A stretch of 64,000 nucleotides of DNA from Marsupella aquatica (GCA_973895155.1 OZ316894.1:25294709-25358708); one strand, 5' to 3'; counted from the first letter of the stretch, positions 12,401 to 26,800 are shown. Numbers and translations: made by a program. The notes: generated from the sequence alone by a model not told the origin.

Positions 12401-12896
12401 CCTTCAAGACAAAGCCGCCCTGCGAAATACATGCGTCCAGGGGCCTGGCCTCTTGATTAGCTTTGGAGAAATTATTTTATTTGTCTTGGTGCCCTTGGGT
12501 AAGGAGGTGGATGCCCCAGGTGTCATAACGGGGCCCTGGCCAGCACCTAGGTTCAGTGCACACCAAATATTACTTTTGAAGATGGCAAAGATATGCATGG
12601 CCTAGATGGGAGGCAAATGTCTCTCTAATTTTATGCTAAACTATAATCATGAAGAACCTTACAACATTCCTAACCTCCCTGGGTGACAATGTTCTTACAA
12701 GATTAGAAACTATAAGGTCTGTATTTGCGCCAACAATCCTGCCAAACATGTACTCCTCAAATGTCATGGGATGATGTAGATCTTAATCTACAGTATCAAG
12801 ATTTCTAGTTATCCCAAGCCCAGGCTGGCTAGGGGGTTATGGTCTAGAGCCTTCAATGAAATAAAATTATAACACTGAGGGTTTATCAACATAAAC

Positions 12897-12997
12897 TTAG
12901 GTTACACTCTTTGAAAAATCTTGTAACGTGGCTACAAACTGCATTTGCTCCATGTACAGATATTCTTTCGAGTTCTCAATAACAGGCGATGAGGTAC
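12897..12997 (-). pseudogene. Diverged second copy of the 3' end of the putative YR gene
   Basis: ttacactc...cttgtaacgtggctacaaactgc...ctcaataacaggcgatg aligns with 13925-14035 (ttacactc...cttgtataacgtggctacagaccgc...cttgacaacaggtgatg). Confidence 0.6.
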
Positions 12998-13924
12998 AAG
13001 GTAACCCATCCCCTACAGGACGTTATTGCTTTAATTCTAGAAGGCAGTCAGCCCAAGCTGGTCAGAGGCTATGACCCCCAAAGAGGAGACGGGTTACCTT
13101 GTCTAAGCCTATGAGTGCATATTGGAAAAAAACTATGCTTGGGAGGAGTTGCCATGCCAAATCCATGCCAGTAACAGACATTTAAATCAGAGAATCTCAA
13201 CCCCATGCTGGCAAGGAGGTTACTGTCCATATCCTTCAATGAAAACATAAGGGAGTATTCAAAGAGGTTATTGTTTGTAATCTTCTACAACTATAATAAG
13301 TGATCCCATCTTTTTTTGTCTTTCGTCCCTTTATGAAATTCAGAATCGACTGAAATCAAAACTGGCCATTAGATATTTTAGACTATTTTCGTATCCGTTT
13401 GATTAGCACTTGCCCTCTCTGGCAAGGCCTCCCACGCTCGTGCCTTCATTATGGACCCCCCTTGCAATATATGTATACGGACATCAATGCTTGCGATGCC
13501 TCATCAGCCCTCACGATGCCTCGCCCTGACGCCTGCCTCGCCCTCCCCTCGGTCCCGATGCGCTCGCCCATATCTCCCTCATTGCGCCGTGCAAAACAGA
13601 GGCATAGGGCTAGAAGAAACACTATAATATGCAATCATGCTGCATGTTACAAGGAGGAAGTCTCCTTGGCTCTTGGATTATGGTGACATGTTTTCCTAAG
13701 CATGAGATTCCTTTTCCATTCCCTACTTTTCACTCTTTCCCCAGCTCGCACACTCAAAATCCAATCCAATTGCCAGGCCGACTCTCTAATTCCTCATAAT
13801 CTTTGACTGGCTGCCATCTCCACATGCTTGATCTCACATATACTTTGCTAGACTAGACAACGTTTCCATTCAACATCACTAACAAGCACTAGACTAGTGA
13901 AGGAATATTCAGAGGACCTAAACT

Positions 13925-16900
13925 TTACACTCGCTGGTAACTCTTGTATAACGTGGCTACAGACCGCGTCGTCTCCCTGTACTCTCTGTGGTCTGTGTAG
14001 ATGTGCTCTTTTTGGGTCTTGACAACAGGTGATGCTACTGTCGACTTTTGCTTTCTAGTACACGACAGATCTCACCTGCGTTGTGACAGCCGTAAGGAAC
14101 AGGCATCTTATGATGTAGGCCTTTCGCAGGGAACAAAGCGGTTCGATCTGGATCCTCGAAAGCCATCGAGAACAAAGGTGACATTCTTGACAATTTCTTT
14201 TTAAAGTTTGATCAGTGCTGTAGTTAGAGTTCGATTGTATTGGGAGTTTCATTCGCAGCCATTTTCTTTTCCAACAAGATTATGACAAGCAGAGTCCGAC
14301 GTCTCATGGCGGGGCTGGCCTTCAGAGGTGTATCCCTAGTTAAGGACAAATCTTCAGTCATTTCGGAAGACATGGGAAACCCAAAAGTGCCAATTTTCTC
14401 GAAGAAAACACTGTTTTCGGTGGGATCGATTTCGACCAGCTGTCAACGCGCGAATGAGAATTTCGTCTGGAGCTTGAGTTCGGATTTCCAGGCTCTTGAT
14501 CAGTGTTCCTTAAATCAGTGGCGTGCAGGACTTTGTAGGAGAAGCAGCATACTGGGCGTTATTCCTGTGGGTGTGATCAGGTTGGCTAGACAGGTAGACG
14601 GTGCATTGGCTAGACAGGTAGACGGTGCATTACAGTTGAGTCGATTGGTCTCACATGGGTTCTAATCGGACGGCATGATCAAACGGCCTTTACATTAACC
14701 ACTGTATATGGGCCCTGGACGGGTGTGGCCCTTTTCCCACAGTTTCGCTGGTTGTGGTGGACGGTTCCATCTCCCATGGCATGGGTGATGAAGCTCGAGT
14801 TCTCTTCGAACGAGCCCGAATCATATCAATGTAGGCGAATGGCACAAACAGGTCATGCTATGCTAGTTTAGAAACGCGAGATTTGGTTTTCTCTCGCTAA
14901 CTGCCATCCAAGGGGTATATTTAATTCTACCTTCTATCATTTCACTTCACGTTCTACAGACTATTCTTAATGTCTTAACTTTCCGAACCCGGTGTTGGTC
15001 AAGGCAGTGATGTGATCATCTTCCTCGTTCAAGCTTGAGTTGAGCTGCATTGCAATTGGGGACTTGCATCACAGCTGAGAAGAGCTCTTGAGGAGGTGAA
15101 CCGTGGAAGAGTCTTGTCCTCTGATGCATGATTGAACTGGATTGAAGATCGGAGAATTGCAACCTGGAGTAAAGAGAAAGGGCGCAGCAGTGGAAGAGGT
15201 CGCTCCCCAGGCAATTTCGGAGTTGAAGACCGTTTGACTCGTTGCGTTGTAATAACTATCCTTTGTCTCCAAGCATCGTCGCGCCTGATAGATAACCTGA
15301 TAAGGCGCCAGATTAGTGTTGGCCCTATTTCAAGTCATGTTGGAAGTTTGCCTTGCGGCCCAGCAGACAGTCGAAACACAACACACAGCAATTGTATTGT
15401 CCGTAGGTGATGGAAGCAAATAGAGTGCGGTATTGTAGGAATGCTGCCGGTGGAGCGGTAAGAGAACTTATGGAGGACAGTGGAAAATGGATTCGGGATC
15501 GTCAACATTACCCAATCTTGTTTTTGTCATGTCTGAATGTTCAAAATTTTGTGTGACTTTGCTGTCCAGGCAGTGAGAAGTGGAATGAGAGGTTGCACGA
15601 TAGACGCATCCGTAGCTTCCCTCATATTATGCTGTTCACGTGTACATTCCTGGTAACTAAGCTTTTTATCTTTGGGCCCTTTGCTCACTTGCTTGCCTGT
15701 GGACTTTTAGGTTCCTTTGGACTTTCTTCCTCTCCATTCTCTAAGGTGGGAGGATATTTCGAAAGGTGGAGCTGTAACTTTCGGGGAACTATTTCAAAAC
15801 ACAGCCATGGACAATTTTTGCCCAGGCCGTCGGATTAAGTCTCCTGGATAGGATGAGAACCGAAAAGGGACAGTTACTATAAACTTCCGTCTCAGTATCG
15901 TCGTCAGTTTGAGTCTTAGCGCTCTTGTAAAGTGCTGCAAACTTATGGAACGCAGGAGGGAGGTTGGGCAATTCATTGACAAGGCCTTACAAGCCTATAC
16001 TGGGCTTCGGATATTGGAGGAAGATTTAGCAGAACCGTCAGGTGGGAATTACGGAGGGATGGGAGTGCACCCTGGGAGCTCGCATGGAGTACCATATCAG
16101 TCTCTCACGAACAGTGCCGATTCGCATACATCAAATTCAGAGCATCACTTCCATGCTTCGTCGCAAATTCTCTTCTCACAAGAGGTAAATTTATGGTTTC
16201 TGTACCAAGGTTTCAAATCCATGATACCATTAACGAGTAGCCGTAGTACTTGGGCTTGGTAGATATCTAGCAGGTTTCGACTCTTGGAAGGTGTTCACGA
16301 ATGATGAAAAGACAAGTACTTTTCTCCTTAGAAATCACCACAGCGGGCCTTGTTGAGGTAAACAACTCTATTGGCATTACAGATCTACTGGAAATATTTT
16401 CTGGAGTTGGTACAGCGAGATTTTGAAGAAGAGTAATTTTGGGCTTTGCAGATACAAAAGCAAGTCGCACTCGTTGACGATGTTTTCAGACTCCTTAATC
16501 TGCCCACTTTGTAAAAGGTACATTCTGCAACGAACATGCGTGATTTTGAACTCTCCTTCCAGATAAAGACGATGTCCGGATATTCTTAAGCTTTCATCGG
16601 TTCTAGATTGGATTCAGTTTGCTTTTCGATGCTTGATATTCTGCTTCATTGAGTCACCTATTTTACCCGCTGGTTCAGTTCATGCATCCTTTCAATTCTG
16701 CGCAAGAGCCTTCGGGATCGTCTCCCTCCCACTGCTTTCACAGAAGTAGCGGCTGGTCTATCCAAACTCGAAGTTTTGAACTGAATATCCTTTGGCAGGA
16801 ACCGCGATCTCAACTTGCATGGGCCTTAGGAGAGGTTAACCTTCCCTACAAGGGTGGCCACCGAAGTGAATAAAGTCAATGCAAGCTTGAACGCTGTATG

Positions 16901-17440
16901 GTCAGAGGAAACAAGGAATGTCATCACAGGTCTTAAAAATGGGTTGTGAGATAGGACAGCGAATATGCAGGATATGGATATCGCCCTCGATAATTATCAG
17001 TGTCCAACAGATTTCTGTCGCCCATGGGTATAATGAATTTCCTCAAAAGAGAAAGTTGGCATTTACGCGAAGAATAGATATGATAAGTGCGAATGCTTTT
17101 CATGGACCTCAATCACCGGCTCATCAACGATCAAATGTGATGAAGTAGTGTACATCGTCGAGTATGATGTGAGTCTCGTCTTAGCGCTCAAACCTCCGAT
17201 CCACAAGACTCCCTTCTTTGTGGCAATTTTGCTACTCCACTTGAAGGGCCCCACAAAATGCCCATACACTGCACATTTATCTAGTGGAACTTGGGTAAGT
17301 TCTGAAGAAGCTTTCAACGACCGAACTAGATCTGCTAAGTGCAAATCTTTTAGGATGGAAACAGTCTGGAGCTCGTTATTTCGAATGCCGATTATCTGCC
17401 CTGAAAGGTTTTGGGCTGCCATCAAAGGTCATGTGGGCAG
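13925..17440 (-). mobile_element. Decayed DIRS-type (tyrosine recombinase) retrotransposon with RT, RNase H, methyltransferase-like and YR remnants
   Basis: Minus-strand fragments occur in DIRS order. RT: GPFKWSSKIATK...TRLTSY/LDDV, with YLDD broken by a 1-nt frameshift at about 17154-17164. RNase H: KHGSDALNL...DMVLHAS/LPG at about 16065-16160. MT-like: HKFAA...EVYSNCPFSVLI...IVP at about 15780-15950. YR: LCSLRKAYIIRCLFLTAVTTQ..KAKVDS and SVATLYKSYQRV* at about 13925-14140. Many stops and frameshifts. Confidence 0.6.
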
Positions 17441-20129
17441 TGTTCTCGGATCAGGTTACTTCACAATGTGTTGTTGTTGAAGGCGGAAGTGTGACGTGTG
17501 TTAGATAATAGGGCGCCTCAAAGCTTAGAGATTAAAGGTGTTTGGCATTCAGCCATAAAAGAATGGTCATAAGTTTTCACAAGGTTATGGAGAAGATTTT
17601 TCTTTTTTCACCAGCCTCTAGAGCAACTAATGGTAATGGCATAAGACCAGAAAAGTTATGGACTAAAAAAATTTCGACTATAACTTTTTGCTTTGACCCA
17701 TAACTAGGGAGTTAAGGTACATGAGACTCCCTTATGTGCTTGTGAGTTTGATTTGACTGCCAAACCCTCACAGACAGCATGGAAATGTTTAAATGTGCTC
17801 TGACAGTGTTGTGACCTGTAAATGAAAAATCAAGTCATAGCCGGTTTTCAGGTGTTGGTAGCCGATACCTCGTTGTGGGGTTGGGTGAGGTACCTACCCC
17901 AAGAATGCAATAGGGACTCAAATGGACAATGTCATCCATGCACGCAGGCAGTATGGCAGCAATTCCTGATGGTACTCTCCAGTCACAAGCAAGGCATTGT
18001 AACAATAACTATGGTATCTTATCTAAATATGGGATTCAATTACTTTTTCTGCACTTTTCAGTGACCTTGTGAGGAAGCTTACAGGCATTCCATCAAAGTC
18101 TTTCTGGCCACGGTGGCATGCTTGAAGGGTTTTTTTTATTTCAAACACATAAACTAATTTCAAGGTTTTGTTCTTTGCATACTAGTTTTGGAACTCAATG
18201 ATTGAGGACCCAGGTCTCACAAAGATTCCACTTTGGCCGCACTAATGGTAAACTATAATACACAGTTGCGCCACTTTTTAGAGTGATCGTCATTCAAATT
18301 TGCAGGGCAAAAAAATTAAAAAATCTGGTCAAAGGTAAGTAATAATGACAAAGTGTGAATTGTTTAGTGTGACTCACAAAAAGTTACACCATTGTCGAAG
18401 AAAAGCCAGAATAATCACACAAGACACCAACAGAAAATGAAAGACTTTAACAAAATGCACAAGGATCAAGGAGGATACTCACTCCATGATCCATGCAGGA
18501 TTATTATGAAGATACTATATTATGAAGATACTATATGGGGAATCCACCTTTCAGATTTTGTCTTATTCAGATTTTGTGTTCAGTATTTTTATTTTAATGT
18601 GCCTTAACTAGGTGAATCATTTGTATTAATTTGATTTTGAATTAGCTTTTGGACCCCTTTTAATTTTAGTGAACTTAGAGTATTTTGAATGTATTTGGCT
18701 CCCTCCTAAATGTTTAATCTTTACTTTTCAATCACTCAGTGAATTATCTTTTTTCTCATGAGAGAAATGAGTTTGAACTATGTGCACATTTGGTGTACTA
18801 AGTTCCCCTTGTGGTTTCTTTTACAAAACTTATGGTTTTAATTGAGTTGATTGTCATTACCTAGAAGCAAGTGAAAATCTGTATTGTATGTGCACAACTC
18901 TTTAGTATCTTTGTATTTGGTCATAATGTGTTCTTCTTTGCAGGTGTCACTCACTCTTTAATTAACAAATATGAATTTCTTGGAATATACTTTACATGTA
19001 CTTCTTTAATCATAAAATAAATTATATGAATTACATATCAATACAAGACAAAAAAAAAAGAGTCATGTTCTAGGATGAACATGCTATATCACTCCATGAT
19101 CCATGCAAGTAAATATTGTACATACTCACATGCAAGTAAGTATTGTACATGTTCAATATTGTGTGCATAGTTTTGTATAATACCAGTAAGAGGAGTTTAA
19201 TTGCTAATAACATTTTAGTCACTAGATCAATAAAAAACTGTTCTCCCAATATTTGTGGTGACTTTTACAGTCATTTGCACTGTCATTTTCAATGTCAAAA
19301 AACAAAAGTAATAAGGCCCACATAGTGAAGCGCATGGTACGGGCGTTGATGGCAAGGTGTCGGGCGAGGGGCACACTCACAATGTAGGGCAGCCCCTCGA
19401 AGCGCTCCAGTCTCGCATGGATGGGGACGGGGGCGGCAAACGAGTGAAGTGATGGTGAATGAGAAAAAGAGAATCGTCTGCGGTACCGGGTGCACGATCG
19501 TATGTGCTAGATCGGGCAAGTTTTGGATTATTTCTAAACTCCTAGAGCGATCGCGAACTTCGCCCCCTGAGTCTCAAAAACTGGAAAAGGGCCCCGCCTG
19601 TCAAACGTAACGAAGTAAAAAAACTGACAAAAAGGAGACCAAAAATACGGAAATGGGGAAAAGGGGGAGATTAAGGTTTAAAAGGAACATAAGAGAAAAA
19701 GGGTTAAAAAGGAAAAAACCACCTCTCATTTTGTTATACTTTTGTGGTTGTCATAGCCAGTCTTTTGTGCAATGACATATTTATTCAAGAATTTTTTTGT
19801 GCAAGGAGAAAAAAGAAAAGGGAACTTTTCTCGCTGCCATAGCCAGTATTTTGCACAATGATATCTGTATTGTAACAAAAAATATTTCTTCAACAACATC
19901 TTTTGCACCATTATCAACATCTTCAACCAAACAATATCTTTTATGCAATGCACAGGGATTGAAAGGATATCGACAGAATGGTCATCTTTGCTAAACCATA
20001 AACCCTAAAACACTAAACCTGAAACTGATAATATAACGTTGCACCAATTTATAGAGTGATCGCCATTCAAATGCAGGGGCATTTTGGGTAAAAAAAACAA
20101 AACAAAGAAAAAGACTTGCTCCTTCTTTC

Positions 20130-20760
20130 CTTGACTTTTTACTTCATAACATCTTTCGAAAGCTTGCCTGAAATGAAACCATTTTTCTTATAACATCTTT
20201 TAGTTCAAGATATCTTTGGCAAAATGACACCTTTTTCTTAGCAACATCTTTCACATAATGGCATCTTTGGCAAAATGATTTTTTTTCTTAACGACATCTT
20301 TTACTTTGTGACTTTTTCACATAACAACATCTTGGGCGACACGACATCTTTTTTCTTAACAACATCTTTTGTGCAACGCACGGGTATTTTCCCTGAACGA
20401 TGTCTTGGCCGACACTAAATATTTTCCCTCAACGACATCCTTGCCGACATGACATCTTTTTTCTTAACAACATCTTGGCCGACATGATTTTTTTTTTTTC
20501 AACGACTTCTTGGCCGACACAACATATTTTTTATCAATGACCTCTTGGCTGACATGACATCTTTTTTTCTTGACGACTTCTTTTCTCTCAATGACCTTTT
20601 GGTCAACACGACATCTTTTCTCTCGACGACCTCTTGGCTGACACCACATCTTTTCTCTCCATGGCCTCTTGGGTGACACGACATCTTCTCTCTCCACAAC
20701 CTCTTGGCGCGCCGACATGACATCTTTTTTCTGAACGACATCTTGGCCGACACAACTAGT
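20130..20760. repeat. Degenerate minisatellite with a unit of about 35-40 bp, likely TE-internal
   Basis: More than 10 diverged copies of aacgacatcttggccgacacgacatcttttttctc in tandem, with no unique spacers. Confidence 0.85.
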
Positions 20761-21986
20761 TCTTTTGTGCAATGCACGGGTATTGAGCTAGTATTGTATA
20801 TAAGTTTGTTGTGAGCTCCTATGGCCATCACCTTGAGGCCAAGACACCCTCACTTTTGCTTGTGCATGGGTGTGACCAAGCAACCCTGATTGCTTTCCAA
20901 TGACTAGGGCCCTATTATGCATTGCGTGGACATGTACTTTGGGTGCATGTTTATGATGTGTTATGCCACAATGCAAGACATTCTGACCACCCTAGTTCCC
21001 TCCTTTGCTCCATAAAACCTTTATTGCTGGCCCCATCCACTTGACAAGCACCCGGCCTTGCTCTTCCACACCCTCAGTGCTACCATGGAACCTCATTCTT
21101 GATCCCTATTGCAGCCTTTAATTTCCCTACTCACATACTCAAATTATCCTTCTTCTACCTTACATAAAGGTAGAATGTTATTTTTTCCTCACAATTGCAC
21201 TTGCTTCTTTTCCATGTGTCCTCTTTGGACTTCTTTTGTTTGCTCTTCATTGTACTTTGTTTGGCCCTTTGTGTGTAATATATTTTTCTTTCCTTTGTCT
21301 CACACAAAGTTTTAAATCTTGCAATCTTCTTTCCAACAGGCCTGTGTACACAACAATTTCTTCCAGCTATTATCTTTCTCTCTATTCTTTTTCAGTATGT
21401 TATAGTAGTTAACTTAGAATTTTAAGTCCGGATAGCCCTCAACACATTTCCAATGGCTCCCTCTTCTATGGATGAGTCCTTTGGTTTGCTTAGAATGACT
21501 ATTAAACATTTTGGAAAGAGCTTTCCAATAAACCTAAATTGGCAGATTCTGTTGAGTACAAAGGAGATTACAAGTCAGGAACCATGGGGAGCATGCACTC
21601 TACTAAGAAATAAGATGACTGATTCTGTTCCCTTGGTTACTATGATTGTCATGTGCATAACTTCATACACTTCCATGTTATGACACTAAAGTTTTTGAGA
21701 GAAAGGTTACATTATAAAGTTCTTGCACTATGGTACATTTTATTAAAAGGAAGTTTTTGTGTGCTTAAGGGTGGCTTTACAAGATGTCAGGGACAGGACT
21801 GTAATCTTTTTGTTCCTATGTGATATTGAATCTACACATTTAATCCTGGAAAAATCAGGAAACACACTGAACACTGTCCTGTAAAGCACCTTCTTGGAAA
21901 GCCCTGCTGACTTTTGCCCGTTAGTCAGCACTATGACAAAATAGTCATCATCTTACTAATAAATCCCAGAATAAATCACAAATAGA

Positions 21987-22081
21987 AGTAGAGTTGGGGC
22001 CTAGGCTTCTACTGTCGAGTGAAGCATCTAGACGTGACTCTAGGGCCCCACCAAAAATTGCAGATGGAAAGAACCATGGGA
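21987..22081 (+). repeat. Dispersed repeat family, with other copies at about 42140-42212 (-), about 55062-55153 (+) and a fragment at about 12828-12858
   Basis: Shared core gtagagt(t/c)gggg(t/c)ctaggcttct...gagtgaag. The 22.0 and 55.1 kb copies also share ...gactcta...caccaaa...gatggaaagaaccatg. Confidence 0.7.
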
Positions 22082-23814
22082 CAGAGTATTTTTTAAGGTT
22101 TTTAATTTTTGCCAGTGTGGCCAATGTCAATCGCTCTATGAATATTCTTTGTCAATTTTTCATGGATTCCATCCTGACCGTCAAATAACCCCTGATTTAC
22201 GGATGACTGTTGGATTCTGGTGAATGGGGTCCATAACTAGGTGGAAAAGTGATGAATGGCACTTAAAAAATCTAGCCAATGTTAAGGCCAAAAGTGGCAA
22301 AACACTTTGTGGGGAGGTGGAATTTGGCTAAACCTGGCACCTAAAACATAAAAGCTGCCATGGGATATATCTATGTCAAAATGAATAATGATTTTTGTCA
22401 TCATTCCTATTCAAGTATAACGTTAATTAACGAAAGCTGCAATCTTTACGAAAGCTGCAATCTTTACTCAGCTTCGACGCGTTCTACAAAGTCATTTGAC
22501 CGAATGCTCCCTCTGCAGGTTCCTCGTGGCTGCTCGACCCTCCAACGAACACAGGAGGAGCGATGCAGGCCGAGCAGAGCTTCACTGCCTTCGACGAACT
22601 ACAATTACAGGAAAAGCGGGCCGGCACCAAATTTCGGGTTAGGCAAGCTTAAAAGAGAAGAAGAAAGGAAGAAAGGAAACGAATTTGAGGAAGCCCAGGC
22701 ACGGCGAGTGGAGTGGAGTCAACGACGAAACTCATCAGTCCTCCTGCTGAAGAAGAGGCTCCATGCGAAGGTTCTACTGAAGCACGAGAGCAGCCATCCA
22801 AGCACGAGACCGCAGTCCCAACTCACACGTCTCAGTAGCATGGCCTCCAACAGTAGTGTAACCTGGTAATTTACTCTACAATGTCCAGAACTGAGCCGTC
22901 TATTTCTATAACAGAGGGACCGATTTGTCCAGAGCGTTACCGTGTAAATACAGGAGAGAGTGTCAAGCTCGATTACTACAGTGTAAATAAAGAAGTGAGT
23001 GTCACTCTCGATTACTACGACGATCTGTGTAGTTGATTGATACTGGAATAAATTGGGAATGATGCGAAGTAGTGGCGATTTGAGTCAACTACGGACGGAG
23101 AAGGATGGGAGCACGCCGGCATACGAATCAGCCGAGGAACGATCCACCTCTTGCTTCAGAATTCGAGATTGATCTCATAGAGCTCTCTCCGGTTGAGAGA
23201 TTTTGTGGGACAAGGGAGGACGAAGAAATGGACGGACTGGACTGCACTGCACTGCACTGCACTGCACTGGACTGAATGGAATGGACTGAATATGGACAAT
23301 TTTTGCTGTGAACGAATAGGCAATCAGGAATGACGTAGGGTCGGATTAGGGTGGTTTTGATCCGTTGCCGTTGATTGTTGCACTTTGAGTTGGGCAGCAG
23401 AAGTGGGCAAACGGGTTCAATCAGACTCGGCTAGATGTCTCAGAGATCAGTTGTTGAGGAAGAAGAGGACGTGTTCGAGGAGGAAGGCAGGAGTGGGCTT
23501 TGTTTGTTGGAGGAAGACATTTCAGGGGACGGAAGAGGATTGGTATCTTTTCTAGGGCAAGTATTGTAACGAGGTTCAGCATAAGTAGATTGTGGTGACG
23601 TAGGTGAGGTGTATGGTGTGCCATGGCACTGGTAGGTCGAGGTCTCGGACAACCCTGGGTTCACGCGGGGATTATCTGCAGTGTCTGCCAAGTCTCGCCT
23701 ATAGAAGGCTACCGCTACAAATGTGAAATGTATGTGTTGTGCCACCCTTCTGGTGCGTCAATTTGAAGTTTTGTGCATACAGGAACTTCAAAGATTACCT
23801 CAACTAAGTTCTCC

Positions 23815-26800
23815 ATGGAGCAATTCACAGTTCATGATTTGGCCATGGTTTGATATCTCCCCTTTGGAAGTGGTCCAGTGAGAGTGGAGGGTCAGCCACG
23901 GGCAAATGGTGAAATAAATCAACACTTCAGGAACTAGAATGTCTTTCAAATTTCTCATTTCAAAAGTAGGCCCTGCGGCTTCTAGATTCAGGATTTTGAC
24001 TATTAACCACTGCTGATTTGGTGTGATATGATTGCAGCTGCACTGATCACGACTTGTGCGAGAAATGTTATCGTCAGGGCCAGCCACATTTGGGGCACAG
24101 GTTTCTACAGGTTGCTAGAGACAGTAGTGAATATCACCCTCCTTTTCAGGTTTACTACCTTGTGTGCCATGACTGTGGAGAAGCACCTATAGAGGGACGA
24201 TGCCATCGCCATAGATGGTATCTAATCTAAACCCTCAATGTATGCTGCAGTGCGTAATCATAGGCCAAAGGATTCTTCTCATTGACAGCTATTCGCACTC
24301 AGATCGTTATGTTGACTTACCAGAACGCTCTTAAATGTTCACAGTTTTGTGGTCTTGGGGGACTACTTTTAAAAACATATTTCAGAAGATGTATTCTTGA
24401 TAAATAGCTCCTGAATTGACCACACCCCGTTATTCCAATAGATTTTTGTGAAAGGATATAGTTATTAATTTGTGAATGGATTTGTGTTCCAGGCGCCCAA
24501 ACCTCCACCTCTGTAATGACTGTTATAATACCCGGCCAAAGCCTGGAAATCCTGCCGCGGAATGGGAAGTACTGGACGAGCCTAAAATACAGACAATCTA
24601 CCGAACACACAGCCCAACTTACCACTTCCACAAACAGTGTGGAGCGTGTGGTATTACACCTATTGTGGGGCCTAGATTCGATGCTATCTCGTAATTCTCT
24701 TCATTTGTCCTTCACATTTTTGCTCTTTCAGAAGTCTGCCATTTAATGCGCTTGTGTGTCTGTCAAAGCGGGTTCAATACATTTGGCGGCTTTAAAGGAT
24801 TAAATAATAAATTCTCTCTTTTCTGATTGTGCAGGTATCCTGAGTACTCCCTGTGCCTTATATGCTTTGACTCAAAGTTCGTCAAGGGATTAGTGCAAAA
24901 TGCAGAATATCGCCGGATTGAGCGGCCGGAAGCACATAAAGTTAGACATGTATTTATGTATGACTGTCGTAATTGTGGAGAGGTACCTATTGACGGCCCT
25001 GCATATGTCAATAAAAGGTTGGTGAAGTCTCCTTTCTCACATCGTGTCCCTGTTTTTCTAGTGCATGAGTAAATGCTGAAATGTCAAGATTGTCGTTAAG
25101 GTCAGACGTTTTATGACTCAAGGCTCTTCATACATGATTACTTGGACGCACATTTCAGGACACATTCTAATTCCTATGTTGCTGTAAACAGAGTGTCGGA
25201 TAAGGTCTTATGCCTCCTGTGTTATATGAACATAGGATCTCAGGTGCAGCTTGAGTACACCAGAGTGGACGCCCCTGCTCAATATGGTGAACCCCCTCCC
25301 CCAACTTTACCTCGATTAACGGCAGGAACAGTGAGTGCTGAGGAGTACTCGAACCTTGTCGAAGAGTTTGAACGATTCAGGGAAGAGAAGGAAGCCGCAG
25401 CAAGAGTGGTTGCCAGCAATCTCCTGAATCGCGCTCATGAAGTTGAGAAGCTGAGAAATGATTTGCAGGAAGCGCAGAGAGTGGCTGCAGAACACTCAAG
25501 TGTAGGCCGAGATATAATAGGATCGAATGCCGAAAAAAAGGAATTGGTTAGAGTGCGAAACGATTATGCAAGTCTTTTTGAAGCCTTTGAGACACTAAAG
25601 GTGGAGAAGGAAGAAGCAGCCAGGGCAAGTGCTGATTTAGTAGTTCTTTCTGCAGAATTAGAGAAACTCAAGGTAGACAGGGAGGCAGAGACGAGAGTCA
25701 TTGCGGATTACGTGCAAGACCTGGAGAGACTGAAGGCCGAGAAAGAAGAGGTGGTCAGATTGAGCGCAGAGTATGCCTTAGAGTTGGAACAAATGAAGCA
25801 AGGGAAAGGCGAAGAAGCCAAACCCAGAGCAGAGTACCAATTGCTTGCTGAAGAAAACACGAAACTGAAGAAAGAGAGGGAAGAAGCGGCCAGAATATCG
25901 CAGGAGCACTCGACTCTTATGAATGACTTTGAGAAGTTTAGGCGAGAGTTGGAAGCAGCAGCAGAAAGGAATGCGACCCTCATCCAAGAATGTGAGCAAC
26001 TGAAGGCAGAGAAGGAGGAATTAGCAGAATACGCCAGCTTGGCCAAAGAGTTGGAAACATTGGATGGAGCAGAAGAAGAGCGCTTCACGAAGACTTCAGA
26101 CGAATACTTGATTCTGGTCAAAGAAGTTGAGAAATTGAAGGAATTAAATGCTGATCTTACCCAAGAACTAGAATTGTTAAAGGTGGAGTCAGAGTCTGCT
26201 AGAGTTAGAGCAGAGCAGAAATACTTGAGCCTCATCAAAGAATATGAGATGTATAAGATAGAGAACGAACAGGCAGAAGGTGTGCCAGCCGCAGATCATC
26301 TGAAAGTAGTGGAAGAATTGGAAGCGTTACGCGAAGAGAAAGAGCTGGAGTTGAGATCAAAAGCAGGAGAATATGCAAATCTCAGCAGAGATTATGATGC
26401 GTTGCACGAAGAGAAAGAGCTGGAGTTGAGATCAAAAGCAGGAGAATATGCAAATCTCAGCAGAGATTTTGATGCGTTGCGGGAAGAGAAAGAGCTGGAA
26501 TTGAGATCAAAAGCAGAAGAATGTGCAAATCTCAGCAGAGAATTTGATACTCACAAGCAACTGAAACAAAATTTAGAGCGTTCCACTGCACAAGAACTTG
26601 CAGATCTTGCCCAAAAGTGTGAAAAACTAATAGAAGATAAGGGCTGGCTTGTTCAGGAAGTGGAGAATGTGTATAAGGAAAGTGAAGCGACTCTTGTCAA
26701 CGAACTGACGAAATTGAAGGAAGAGATGGGTGAGATAATTAGTGCACAGGCTGCAAAGCACGAAAACCTCTTACAGGAATTTGAGAAACTGACAGTGGAA

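Noticed and set aside
19990-20030. Telomere-like CCCTAAA variants
   Set aside because: Only 4-5 degenerate units inside TE-like sequence; not a telomere or a meaningful interstitial array.
20130-20760. Regularly spaced repeats of about 36 bp resembling a CRISPR array, and the K/R/V-rich ORFs 20464-20772 and 20499-20831
   Set aside because: The units are contiguous and degenerate with no unique spacers, there are no cas genes and the context is eukaryotic. The ORFs are translations of the minisatellite.
22360-22869. 169-aa plus-strand ORF upstream of the ZZ/coiled-coil gene
   Set aside because: No domain similarity, and no supported in-frame connection to the downstream exons; more likely promoter or 5'UTR sequence.
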